Shown here: positions 1 through 9,123 of the stretch, one piece after another | Layout: each line of letters starts with the position of its first letter | How positions within the stretch are numbered: position 1 is the stretch's first letter | From: Brevinematia bacterium | Lineage (GTDB): Bacteria; Spirochaetota; Brevinematia; DTOW01 | Direction of reading: 5' to 3' | NCBI GenBank assembly: GCA_049968435.1 | Contig: JBMFQU010000001.1 | Coordinates: 609 to 64,608, forward strand | Length of the DNA: 64,000 nt | Program-made: the position numbers and the translations under genes | Notes under the pieces: generated by a model | Told to the model about the DNA's origin: nothing | What the model saw: the letters and a program-made list of their open reading frames with translations, nothing else | Database searches by the model: none

Positions 1-9
1 AAAATATTT

Positions 10-1242
10 TTGGTAGTAGTTTTTGCATTAAATTTTATAGGTTTTGTTGTTCTGTTTGTGTCGTTTTCTTTTGTTGCCCTTTTCTTTGAAATTGCTTTAT
101 TATCTGTTTCGTCTGTATCTTTAGCTCTTATTATGTACTTAAGTAGGCGGGTAGGAGTTATTTTTCACTTTATTAAAAAGATCTTACCAAACTATCATCC
201 TTTACTTTCAATAGGTCAAATTGATAAATTTGTTATTAAAAATTTTCTTATTTTTAGAAAAAGGTTTTTGGAACTTTACCGAGAGAATGCTATTCTTTTT
301 GAGGTTTTTAATAATTTGGATAATGTTGGAATCATACTTTTAAACTCTAATAACCAAATTATTTTTTATAATACTTATATTGAAAAGTTTTTTGAACTTA
401 GTCAGAATTGTTTTGGTAAAAGTTTATCTTCTATTTTTACTCTTGCTATTGTTAAGATTTCTTTAGATGATTCTGAACAAGAAGTAGAAGTTGTAAAGGA
501 AGGTAAGATTAAAACTTTGAGGATTTTTATAAGAAATATAAAAGAAAATAAGCTGATTTATTTTTTCGATATAACTGAGCTTAAAGAACTTCATAAGACT
601 ACTCAGCTAACGATGAGTATAATTTCACATGAACTAAATACCCCCATCACTAGTATAAGCCTTGCTTTGGAAAACATACTTTTTAGTGGAAAAGTTTCTC
701 AGGAGATTATAGATGTAACTCTTTCCAATATTTATCGTCTTACTAATACTATTTCTAACATAATAAGTTTATCAAATATATACTCTAGCAAAGTAATTTT
801 ATCAAAGTCTAGGTTTGATATTTTAGAATTGATAGATTCAATAACGAAATCTCTCATTCCTACCTATAAAAATAAGCATATAAAACTCAATTTAAATGTT
901 GAAGGTGATACTAACTTTGAAGAAGATAGAGAAAAATTACAGTTAATTTTAACTAATATTATTGATAACGCTATGAAGTTTTGTAATGAAGGTGGTGAGG
1001 TAGACATTTCTGTTATAAATCATAATGAGGGATATAAGATTACTGTTACTAACACTGGTTCAACTATAAATGATGAAGAGAAAGAAAAAATATTTGATAT
1101 GTTTTATCGTGGAAAAGGCTCTAGCGCAAAAGGTAGTGGTTTAGGTTTGTATATTGTGAAGTTATTATCGAATATTCTCTCTTTGAAGGTTTCTGTTTTT
1201 AGCGAAAACAATAGAACATCTTTTGTTTTAGAAAAGCTCTAG
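10..1242 (+). CDS. Sensor histidine kinase with N-terminal TM segments, a PAS-like region, HisKA and HATPase domains. The frame is open to the window start, so it may be 5'-partial.
   Basis: H-box 'HELNTPITSISLALE', N-box 'LILTNIIDNAMKF' and G-box 'GSGLGLYIVK'. No stop codon lies upstream in this frame before position 1. Confidence 0.8.
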   Translation: MVVVFALNFIGFVVLFVSFSFVALFFEIALLSVSSVSLALIMYLSRRVGVIFHFIKKILPNYHPLLSIGQIDKFVIKNFLIFRKRFLELYRENAILFEVFNNLDNVGIILLNSNNQIIFYNTYIEKFFELSQNCFGKSLSSIFTLAIVKISLDDSEQEVEVVKEGKIKTLRIFIRNIKENKLIYFFDITELKELHKTTQLTMSIISHELNTPITSISLALENILFSGKVSQEIIDVTLSNIYRLTNTISNIISLSNIYSSKVILSKSRFDILELIDSITKSLIPTYKNKHIKLNLNVEGDTNFEEDREKLQLILTNIIDNAMKFCNEGGEVDISVINHNEGYKITVTNTGSTINDEEKEKIFDMFYRGKGSSAKGSGLGLYIVKLLSNILSLKVSVFSENNRTSFVLEKL

Positions 1243-1302
1243 TTTTACTATTACCTCTGAGTTGAATTTAATAGCTTTATTTGAAAATAATTCCAGGAAA
1301 TT

Positions 1303-2235
1303 ATGGAGAAAGAAATTATTCTATGGGTAGTTTTTTGGACTGTATTTCTTGTCGTTCTGATACTTGATTTATTTGTTTTCTTTAGAAAACATTCAGAAAT
1401 TAATGTAGGAAAAGCTTTTTTTCTTTCATTTACTTGGATGATTATTGCTCTTTTTTATTCGGTACTTATATTCCTTTATGAAGGTACAACTTCAGGTGTT
1501 GAATATATAACTGCTTATTTTGTTGAGTGGTCTTTGAGTGTTGATAATTTATTTGTATTTCTAGTCATTTTTACATTTTTTAGTGTGCCTAAGGAGTATC
1601 AACATCAAGTTCTGTTTTGGGGTGTTTTAGGAGCAATAGTTTTTAGAGGTATTTTCATATTCTTAGGTGTTTCTCTTGTAAATCAATTTTCTTGGTTGTT
1701 TGTTGTTTTTGGGGTTTTCTTAGTATATACTGCTTTTGTACTTTTATTTAAAAAAGATGATGAGCAAGTTAAAATAGAGAATAGGTTTGCTTATAAGTTA
1801 GCAAGAAAGTTATTTAATATAACACCTGATTACATAAATGGGTATTTTTTTAAAAAAATTGATGGAAAAATTTGGGCTACTCCTCTTTTTCTGTGCTTGA
1901 TAATGATAGAGTCTACTGATATCTTATTTGCTATAGATTCTATTCCTGCTGTTCTAGGTATTTCTACACATCCTTTAGTTGTATTCACTTCAAACATTTT
2001 TGCAGTAATGGGGCTTAGATCTATGTATTTTGCTCTTGCCGGCATAATGGGCATTTTTAAATTTTTGAAGTATGGACTTTCTATAGTACTTGCTTATATA
2101 GGTTTGAAAATGATAGTTAAAGAACTTTTACACATAAAGATAGATTCTTTCATTTCTCTTTTAATTGTTTTGTCAATACTTGGAATTTCTGTACTTTTAT
2201 CACTTATTATAAAGGATAAAAGAGCTGGAGTATGA
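1303..2235 (+). CDS. TerC-family integral membrane protein
   Basis: Multi-TM protein with the TerC-like 'SLSVDNLFVFLVIF' motif. Its 4-nt overlap with aroE suggests an operon. Confidence 0.7.
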   Translation: MEKEIILWVVFWTVFLVVLILDLFVFFRKHSEINVGKAFFLSFTWMIIALFYSVLIFLYEGTTSGVEYITAYFVEWSLSVDNLFVFLVIFTFFSVPKEYQHQVLFWGVLGAIVFRGIFIFLGVSLVNQFSWLFVVFGVFLVYTAFVLLFKKDDEQVKIENRFAYKLARKLFNITPDYINGYFFKKIDGKIWATPLFLCLIMIESTDILFAIDSIPAVLGISTHPLVVFTSNIFAVMGLRSMYFALAGIMGIFKFLKYGLSIVLAYIGLKMIVKELLHIKIDSFISLLIVLSILGISVLLSLIIKDKRAGV

Positions 2236-3080
2236 TAACTTCATCTTCTAATATATTTTGCGTTATAGGTAATCCTATAAAACATTCAAAGTCTCCTGTT
2301 ATTCATAATTTCATATTCAATATATTGGGTATTGATGCTGTTTATGTTGCTTTTGAAGTTAAGGATTTAGAGACTTTTTTTAAATTCATGAGAGATGTGG
2401 GTATTTCTGGGGTTAGTATAACTATACCACATAAAGTAGAGTCATTAAAACATGTAGATTGGGTTGATGAAGTTGCTAAAAAAATAGGAGCGATAAATAC
2501 TATTAAGAATGAACAAGGTTATCTAAAGGGTTTTAATACTGATGTTGAGGGTATATTAAAAGCTTTTGAGGTTAGAGGAATTACATCTCTTAAAGGCAAG
2601 TTTTCTTTGGTATTGGGTACAGGCGGAGTTGCTAGAAGCACAATACACTCTTTGATACTTTTAGGTGTTGAGAAAATTGTAATTGCTGGTAGAACCCTAG
2701 ATAAGTTAAGTTATTTGGTTGAAGAAGTTAGATCTTTTTTCAAAAATGTTGATGGAGTAAGCTTTGATAAAGTAGGAGAGTTAATAAAGGTGGGGGTAGA
2801 TGTTGTAGCGAATTGTACACCTTTGGGTATGTTTCCTGAAGTTCAAGTTGCACCGATTGATCTAAGTTTAATAAATAGTAATCATATTGTTTTTGATACT
2901 ATTTATACGCCTATTGAAACTAGGTTAATTAAAGTTGCAAAAGAAGTAGGGGCTAAAGTTATATATGGTATTGACATGTTTGTTTTTCAGGCTTTGGCTC
3001 AGCAAAAAATATGGCTAAATAGAGAAGATGTTTTTGTTTTAAAAGATGAAGTTATTGATCTTCTAAATGGCTTTCGCTAA
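2232..3080 (+). CDS. aroE: Shikimate 5-dehydrogenase
   Basis: N-terminal 'GNPIKHSKSPVIHN' shikimate-binding signature and a 'GTGGVARS' Rossmann motif. Confidence 0.85.
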   Translation: MITSSSNIFCVIGNPIKHSKSPVIHNFIFNILGIDAVYVAFEVKDLETFFKFMRDVGISGVSITIPHKVESLKHVDWVDEVAKKIGAINTIKNEQGYLKGFNTDVEGILKAFEVRGITSLKGKFSLVLGTGGVARSTIHSLILLGVEKIVIAGRTLDKLSYLVEEVRSFFKNVDGVSFDKVGELIKVGVDVVANCTPLGMFPEVQVAPIDLSLINSNHIVFDTIYTPIETRLIKVAKEVGAKVIYGIDMFVFQALAQQKIWLNREDVFVLKDEVIDLLNGFR

Positions 3081-3618
3081 ATACTTCTGCTGTGAAAACG
3101 AATATTTCAGTATCTTCTTTCTTGTAATCATTTGGAGATAGTCCTGCTTTTATGCAAGTATATTGAAGAAATGTTATTTTATCCCAGTTATGTTCAATAG
3201 CAACCTGCGGTAATAATAATCCTTGGAATGGTCCTCTTCTTACTATTAGTCCGTGTTTGCCGACTTCTATTTCTGAGATTGATTCTATTTTTTTAGGTTC
3301 TGAGAGTATAGAAATTTCAATTTCAATCTGATTTATCTCTTCTTTTTCTAATGGATCGAATCTTGGATCTTTCGTAGCAGAAGAAATAGCAGCATCAACT
3401 ACAAGTTGGGGGAATGGCTTTATTGGGTATATATATCCTATACATCCTCTTAATTCTTTGTTTTTAGTTAGTGTTACAAATACTCCTCCGTGTATACCTA
3501 TTTTCTCAACTATTTTCTTTTGTTTTTCAAGTTCTTGTTTTAGACTAGAATTAAATATTGATTCAATGGAAAGTCTAGCTAATTTTAATATCGCCTTCTT
3601 CTGATCCTTACTTATCAT
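3052..3618 (-). CDS. AMMECR1-domain protein
   Basis: 'LRGCIGYIYP' AMMECR1 signature; 188 aa. Confidence 0.7.
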   Translation of the reverse strand: MISKDQKKAILKLARLSIESIFNSSLKQELEKQKKIVEKIGIHGGVFVTLTKNKELRGCIGYIYPIKPFPQLVVDAAISSATKDPRFDPLEKEEINQIEIEISILSEPKKIESISEIEVGKHGLIVRRGPFQGLLLPQVAIEHNWDKITFLQYTCIKAGLSPNDYKKEDTEIFVFTAEVFSESHLEDQ

Positions 3619-3865
3619 AAGTAAATTTTACTAAAGTATTAAAGAGGTTTCAATGTTTTTAGTCTAAGATTAGAATATAATACTCCAGTTAGTATTTTTA
3701 CTTCTACCTCTAGTAATGAAAGTTAAATATTTTATACCTTTTAGTTAGAGATGTTTTAATTATAACTTCTAAAATAATTTAAGAGATGTGATTAATAATT
3801 ATTCTAATAAAAGGTACCTATAAGAGGCGAAGCTTTCTGATTTATTTATAGTAACAGAGAAGTTT

Positions 3866-3962
3866 CTTAAATTTTTACTTCTATTAGGAGTGAATTTTTA
3901 TATTCTCTTACTTCTAGAAGGTAATTAATAGGAAGATAGAATTTTCCTAACTAATTAGAGGG
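3866..3962 (+). repeat. About 95-bp intergenic repeat module 'cttaa..ttctattaggag..aatttttatattctcttactt.tag.agg..agaattttcctaac.aattagagg'. A second copy lies at 10279-10372.
   Basis: Direct by-eye alignment of 3866-3962 with 10279-10372. Confidence 0.6.
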
Positions 3963-4000
3963 AGATCTTGATAAGAGGGTAAAACCCCTACAAAGGCGGG
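3958..4000 (+). repeat. Repeat module 'agggagatcttgataagagggt' followed by a short hairpin. A second copy lies at 12944-12990.
   Basis: The 22-mer is identical in both copies. The downstream GGGT..ACCC hairpin stems differ between the two copies. Confidence 0.6.
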
Positions 4001-4086
4001 TGAGCGGGAAGCAAAAAGTAAGTTTCTCAAACTTCTTAAAAAGCAGTTCTTAACTCTATTAAAGGGGAGAAGGAGAGGTACTCTGT

Positions 4087-4103
4087 AGGAGGCGAAGCCT
4101 CCT
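4087..4103 (+). repeat. REP-like palindromic hairpin 'aggaggcgaagcctcct', containing a GCGAAGC mini-hairpin core.
   Basis: Perfect inverted repeat seen in the sequence. Variants lie at 3828-3840, 10218-10234, 10383-10401, 12856-12877, 48511-48540 (inverted) and 57528-57545 (inverted). Confidence 0.6.
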
Positions 4104-4203
4104 CTGGAATCAAAGGGCGGGAGGGTGGGGCACGCACTAAAAGAAGTTTCTAATTTATCTTCATTATTGAAAACTATAAGATTGGGTGATTAGAATTTAG
4201 CTT

Positions 4204-5055
4204 ATGAATATTGTTGCTAAAATTCTCATAGAGGCTTTACCTTACATAATTAAATTTAAAGATAACATACTTGTTATAAAGTATGGTGGAAGTGTAATGC
4301 AAAAAGAAGGTTTGAAAGAGTCTTTTTGTAAGGATGTTGTTTTACTTAAGCATTTAGGAATGCATCCTGTTATAGTACATGGTGGGGGCAAAAAAATTTC
4401 AGAGCTTATGGAGAAAATGAATAAAAAGGTAGAATTTGTTAAGGGGCAAAGGGTTACTGATAAAGAAACTGTTGAAATTGTTGAGATGGTTTTAAGCGGT
4501 ACTATAAATAAAGAATTGGTTTTTGGTATAATAAAGAATGGGGGTAGGGCTGTCGGGATTTCTGGTAAAGATAATTTTACTATAAAGGCAAAGAAAAAGT
4601 TAGTAGATGGTGTTGATTTAGGTTTTGTTGGTGAAGTTGAAAAAGTTGATCCTTCTCTTATTGTTTCTTTAATTCAAGATGGCTTTATTCCAGTGGTGTC
4701 GCCAATTGGTGTTGATGAGGAAGGTAATTCTTATAATATAAATGCTGATGATGTTACTGCTGAGGTAGCTGTTTCCCTAAAAGCAAATAAGCTAATTTAT
4801 CTTACTGATGTTGATGGTGTATATAAAGATATAAATGACAAAAATTCTTTAATTCCTTCTTTAACAATAAAACAACTCCAAGGATTAGTTGAATCTGATG
4901 TTATTAAAGGTGGTATGATACCTAAGGTGAATTCAATGATAAAAGCTATAGAAAGAGGAGTAGGTCAAATTCATCTTATAAACGGCACTATAGAACATTC
5001 TATTCTAATAGAGTTATTTACAGATAAAGGTATAGGTACTCAAATTACTATCTAA
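4204..5055 (+). CDS. argB: Acetylglutamate kinase
   Basis: 'VIKYGGSVM' and 'VIVHGGG' amino-acid-kinase motifs; 283 aa. Confidence 0.85.
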   Translation: MNIVAKILIEALPYIIKFKDNILVIKYGGSVMQKEGLKESFCKDVVLLKHLGMHPVIVHGGGKKISELMEKMNKKVEFVKGQRVTDKETVEIVEMVLSGTINKELVFGIIKNGGRAVGISGKDNFTIKAKKKLVDGVDLGFVGEVEKVDPSLIVSLIQDGFIPVVSPIGVDEEGNSYNINADDVTAEVAVSLKANKLIYLTDVDGVYKDINDKNSLIPSLTIKQLQGLVESDVIKGGMIPKVNSMIKAIERGVGQIHLINGTIEHSILIELFTDKGIGTQITI

Positions 5056-5840
5056 ATTAGGTTTTTATCGGTAAGAAAAGAGAGTAATATGTTATTAAAT
5101 TTTTCAGGTTCTTCTAGAGGGGACATGTGCCCTGAGGTTTCAAACTCTACAAAAGTTGCGTTAGGTAGATTATCAGCTATGTATTTTACTATCTCTATCG
5201 GTACTATTTTGTCATCTTTTCCGCCTATCACAAGAGATGGTACATCTATCTCTTTTAAGAGTTCTCTTGAATCTGGTCTTGTTGCGATAACATATACCAA
5301 TGCACTTAATCCTTCTGGTGTTGTGTCTTTTATAATTTCATCTATGAACTCTACTACTTCTTTTCTATTTTCTTTTGTATAATCTGATACTAAGTTTTGG
5401 CTAAATGTTTTTTGATATCCCTCCTTGTCCTCTTGTATTTTTTCTATATCTGATAATCTTTTTTTCTTACTTTCTTCATCTAATGCTTTTGCTCTGGTAT
5501 GACAGAAAACAAAACCACTTACTTTGTCTTTATATTGTCTCCATATTTCAAACATTACATATCCTCCCATGCTTGTACCTATTGGTATAATACCTTTAAA
5601 AGGTAGATTTTTTATGTTATCTAGGATTATTTCAACTAATTCCTTAATGCTCATTTCAATTTTATTAGGTTTTTCGCTTTTACCTATGCCAGGGTAGTTT
5701 AGAGCAATGAATGGTATATTTTCTTTTTCAAGAAACTTTATTTGATTTATGTACATCTCTTTTGGAGTAGGAAATGCAGGTAAAAATAATATTGTGTTTT
5801 TGTTTTGTGATAAATTCTTTTGGTAAATGTCTAATTTCAT
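5052..5840 (-). CDS. Alpha/beta-fold hydrolase
   Basis: 'GTSMGGYV' nucleophile elbow (GxSxG) and a C-terminal 'SGHM' His; 262 aa. Confidence 0.6.
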   Translation of the reverse strand: MKLDIYQKNLSQNKNTILFLPAFPTPKEMYINQIKFLEKENIPFIALNYPGIGKSEKPNKIEMSIKELVEIILDNIKNLPFKGIIPIGTSMGGYVMFEIWRQYKDKVSGFVFCHTRAKALDEESKKKRLSDIEKIQEDKEGYQKTFSQNLVSDYTKENRKEVVEFIDEIIKDTTPEGLSALVYVIATRPDSRELLKEIDVPSLVIGGKDDKIVPIEIVKYIADNLPNATFVEFETSGHMSPLEEPEKFNNILLSFLTDKNLI

Positions 5841-5921
5841 ATTTACCCCCCTTGAAAATTATAATAATTATTATAATAATTAATGCTAGAGTAATTTTCC
5901 ACTTTTTGTAAGAGGTATTTT

Positions 5922-6515
5922 ATGTTTGAATTACGTAAGGCTAGATTAGATGATGATTTAGATTTCTCTGAGCTGATTTTAATTTCCTCCCCTTATTTTA
6001 AATTTCTTTTCGGTGATAGCATCAAAAGTGTATTAAAGATTTTGTTTCGTTCTCCTTCTAATCTTTTTAGTTTTGAGCATACTTACTTTGTTGAGGTTAA
6101 TAATAAAAAGGCAGGTATGGTTTTAGCTTATGGTTGGCAAGAAGAGAAAGAAGAAGATTTTAGAACTGGGTTTTTATTTTTTAAAAATTTGGGTTTTAGT
6201 CTTTTAATTAAGCTTCCAATACTTTTAAAACTTAATAATACAGTTGGTAAATTGGGTAGAGGTGAATATTACATAAGTAATTTATCTGTTTATCCAAGTT
6301 TTAGAAGGTTAGGGATAGGGAAGATGTTAATCTCTGAATGTGAGAAAATTGCTAAGTATTCTGGGGCGAAAAAAATTGTTTTAGATGTAGAGAAGGATAA
6401 TACTAATGCTATTTCTTTTTATAAAAAGTTAGATTATACTATAGTTAAAGAGTTTTCAATACCGTTTATTACTGGAAGAAATTTAGAATTCTATAGAATG
6501 ATTAAAACGGTATAG
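5922..6515 (+). CDS. GNAT-family N-acetyltransferase
   Basis: 'RRLGIGKMLI' motif-A-like segment, the 'NTNAISFYKKLDY' tail, and a length typical of the family. Confidence 0.65.
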   Translation: MFELRKARLDDDLDFSELILISSPYFKFLFGDSIKSVLKILFRSPSNLFSFEHTYFVEVNNKKAGMVLAYGWQEEKEEDFRTGFLFFKNLGFSLLIKLPILLKLNNTVGKLGRGEYYISNLSVYPSFRRLGIGKMLISECEKIAKYSGAKKIVLDVEKDNTNAISFYKKLDYTIVKEFSIPFITGRNLEFYRMIKTV

Positions 6516-6574
6516 TTTTTATTAAAGTTATTTTAATTTTTCTTTTCAAATAAATTATTTATCTTTTAGAATAA

Positions 6575-6961
6575 TTGTATTATATGGTTGATGGTGAATT
6601 AACAAGAACTTTGAAGAGGTACCTTAAGGTTATCTTTGATATAGAATCTGAAAAAGGAATTGTAAGAGTTAAAGATATTTCTGATAGACTATCTATTTCT
6701 ATGTCTTCTGTTTCTTCTTCTTTGAGAAAATTGCATGAGTTAGGTTATATATCTTATGAGAAGCGCACATTTGTAAAATTTACTGTTAAGGGTAGGGTTG
6801 TTGCTGATAAGTTAGATTATAATTCTAAGGTTTTGTTTAGATTTCTTGTTGATGTTTTGAAAGTAGATAGAGATATTGCTGTAAAGCAATCTGATATTAT
6901 ATGTGTAGATATCTTTGATGAGGTTTTGCGAAGTATTGAACGTTTTATGAGTAAGCTATGA
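6575..6961 (+). CDS. DtxR/MntR-family metal-dependent transcriptional regulator
   Basis: 128 aa with an N-terminal HTH 'RVKDISDRLSISMSSVSSSLRKLHELGYI' and a metal-binding/dimerisation half. Its stop overlaps the next start (ATGA). Confidence 0.6.
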   Translation: MYYMVDGELTRTLKRYLKVIFDIESEKGIVRVKDISDRLSISMSSVSSSLRKLHELGYISYEKRTFVKFTVKGRVVADKLDYNSKVLFRFLVDVLKVDRDIAVKQSDIICVDIFDEVLRSIERFMSKL

Positions 6962-8106
6962 ATGATATAAGTTACAATTTGGATAATATTATTTATCTCT
7001 ACAGAAAGGGTGAGTTTGGTAAGGTTGTTTCTATTCTTGAGGGCCGAGATATAGATGAAAATGAAGATGTTTTAGTTCAAAAGATTTATGCCTTTTCTTT
7101 GATTAGAGTGAATAGGTTGTCGGAAGCTCAGTATGTTCTTGAAAATTTGCTAGATAATTATCCTGAAGATTTTGAGGTTCTTAATGCTCTCTCTTATATA
7201 CATATACTTAAGGGACATAAGACACCTGCTTTAAATTATCTTCTTGACGCTGAATACTATGCTCCAATTGAGTTTAAAGAGAAAATAAAGAATAATTTAA
7301 AATTATTCTCCGATATACCGGATATACTTGTTTTAAAGTCATATGTTAGACCAAGGGAATTTTTGGTTTTATCTTTACCTGAGGTAAAATTTACCAGAAA
7401 GTTTAATTTTAAATCTTTGATTCCTAATTTTGATTTTAGAAACTTGAAGTTTAACTTTTGGGTAGTATTTTGGGTATTGGTAGGATTATTTTTGATTAGT
7501 GGTATTTATTTTCTTTCAAACTACATTTTTACTAGTCTTCCAAGTAAAGCAAATGATAAAGTTGTTTATGAGAATATAAATAGAATAGAGATAGAGAATA
7601 TTGAAAAGACAACTGCAAGTTCAATTGTTACAAATCAGATCATTTTAAGTGATAAGGAAGTTGTTTCATTGTTTAATGAACTTAGGTTACTTTTGTCTAA
7701 GGATAGAGCTTCTAATAGGGCTAAGTTTATAGCCAATTATCTTTTGAATTCTAACGCATCTTCTCAAGTTAAAAGTAAGGTTGAAATTTTAAAAACTTTT
7801 ATGGAAGAACCTGTTGCTAATTTAGATTGGCAACCTTTATATGAAGAGGTTTCATCAAAACCATATATCTATGATGGTGTGTATGCCGTTTGGAAAGGTA
7901 AAATAGTTAATGTTTCTAAATTACCTAGTGGAGTTGAATTTACTTTTGTAGTTGAAGGTGATAATTCTAATGTTATAAAAGGATTCATAAAGGGTAGGAT
8001 GAGAAACTTTCTTGATGGGTATGTAGGCCAGACTTTAAGAGCGTTAGGTAAAATTGTTGTTTCTAGTAAAGAAATTGTATTTGATATTCAAAAGATAATC
8101 GAGTAA
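6958..8106 (+). CDS. Hypothetical membrane protein with an N-terminal TPR-like region, one TM helix and a C-terminal extracytoplasmic domain.
   Basis: TPR-like helical repeats followed by the TM segment 'FWVVFWVLVGLFLISGIYFL'. Translationally coupled to the DtxR-like gene. Confidence 0.4.
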   Translation: MNDISYNLDNIIYLYRKGEFGKVVSILEGRDIDENEDVLVQKIYAFSLIRVNRLSEAQYVLENLLDNYPEDFEVLNALSYIHILKGHKTPALNYLLDAEYYAPIEFKEKIKNNLKLFSDIPDILVLKSYVRPREFLVLSLPEVKFTRKFNFKSLIPNFDFRNLKFNFWVVFWVLVGLFLISGIYFLSNYIFTSLPSKANDKVVYENINRIEIENIEKTTASSIVTNQIILSDKEVVSLFNELRLLLSKDRASNRAKFIANYLLNSNASSQVKSKVEILKTFMEEPVANLDWQPLYEEVSSKPYIYDGVYAVWKGKIVNVSKLPSGVEFTFVVEGDNSNVIKGFIKGRMRNFLDGYVGQTLRALGKIVVSSKEIVFDIQKIIE

Positions 8107-9120
8107 CTAAAAGTGTTGCCAACCTTTAAAAAAGTTTTTTTTGATTTTTTTATTATTACTATAGATTTCAATTTGACTTCCTTCTGTTATTTGCCCTATC
8201 TCTGTTATCTTTAGTTTTAATTCCTTAGATATTTTTTGTATCTCATCTTTTCTATCGTTTGGTACTGTAAAAATTAGTTCATAATCTTCGCCACCTGTAA
8301 GAGCGTATTTTAGCCTATTTAAATAATTATCTTTACCTTTTTTTAAAAATTCTTCTACTAAATGGTTATATCCAGGACTTATTGGAATATTTTCTAATTT
8401 TATTTTCGCACCGACTTTAGAGCTTTTCAATATGTGGTTGAGGTCTTGTAATAATCCATCGCTTATATCAATACAAGAGGTTGCTATATTTACTATTCTT
8501 TTACCTAACTCAATTCTAGGTGTGGGGTTTAAGTGCCTTCTTATAAGGTATTTTCTAAATTTAATTAATTCTTCACTTTCTTTGTGTTCTTCTCTTTTCT
8601 CCATTATTAGCTTTAGTCCTAAAGCAGAATCTCCCAATGTGCCACTTACGAAAATTAAATTGCCCGGTTTTGCTCCCTTTCTTGTTAAAACTTTGTCATT
8701 AGATATACCAATCAAAGTTATTGTGATTGATAGGGTATTGCCTTTTGATAGGTTACCTCCTCCTATATATACATCGTATTTAGAGAAAGTTCTAGTTAGT
8801 CCCTTATAAAGTTCAGTTACCCAGTTCTCTTTAGTTTTGGTTGGTAAGATAAGAGAAATTATAGCGAATTTTGGTATACCTCCCATTGCGGCTATGTCGC
8901 TTAAGTTTGCTGATGCTGATTTTATTCCTAGATCGTAAGGAGGAAATAATTCTTTTTTAAAATGTACACCATCTACCAAGGAATCTGTTGTTATAAGTAT
9001 GCTTTGATTTTCTTTGAATACAAAACAATCGTCTCCGTTAGGTACCAAAACATTTCCAGGAACATTTTTTTCTGTTATATTTTTTATTACCTCTATGAGT
9101 TCAAATTCTTCTAATTTCAC
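8107..9120 (-). CDS. thiL: Thiamine-monophosphate kinase
   Basis: AIR-synthase-related fold with 'DDCFVF' and 'TTDSLVDGVHF' motifs. Confidence 0.75.
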   Translation of the reverse strand: MKLEEFELIEVIKNITEKNVPGNVLVPNGDDCFVFKENQSILITTDSLVDGVHFKKELFPPYDLGIKSASANLSDIAAMGGIPKFAIISLILPTKTKENWVTELYKGLTRTFSKYDVYIGGGNLSKGNTLSITITLIGISNDKVLTRKGAKPGNLIFVSGTLGDSALGLKLIMEKREEHKESEELIKFRKYLIRRHLNPTPRIELGKRIVNIATSCIDISDGLLQDLNHILKSSKVGAKIKLENIPISPGYNHLVEEFLKKGKDNYLNRLKYALTGGEDYELIFTVPNDRKDEIQKISKELKLKITEIGQITEGSQIEIYSNNKKIKKNFFKGWQHF

Positions 9121-9123
9121 TTT

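Noticed and set aside
3619-4203. Intergenic palindromic repeats considered as a degenerate CRISPR array or an IS terminal inverted repeat
   Set aside because: Spacing is irregular and the modules are mosaic. No transposase or cas gene is anywhere in the window. REP/MITE-like or regulatory elements are more plausible.
5089-5590. Two + strand ORFs (97 and 61 aa) within the alpha/beta hydrolase gene
   Set aside because: They are antisense to a 262-aa ORF with a clear GxSxG hydrolase motif. No RBS or domain supports them.
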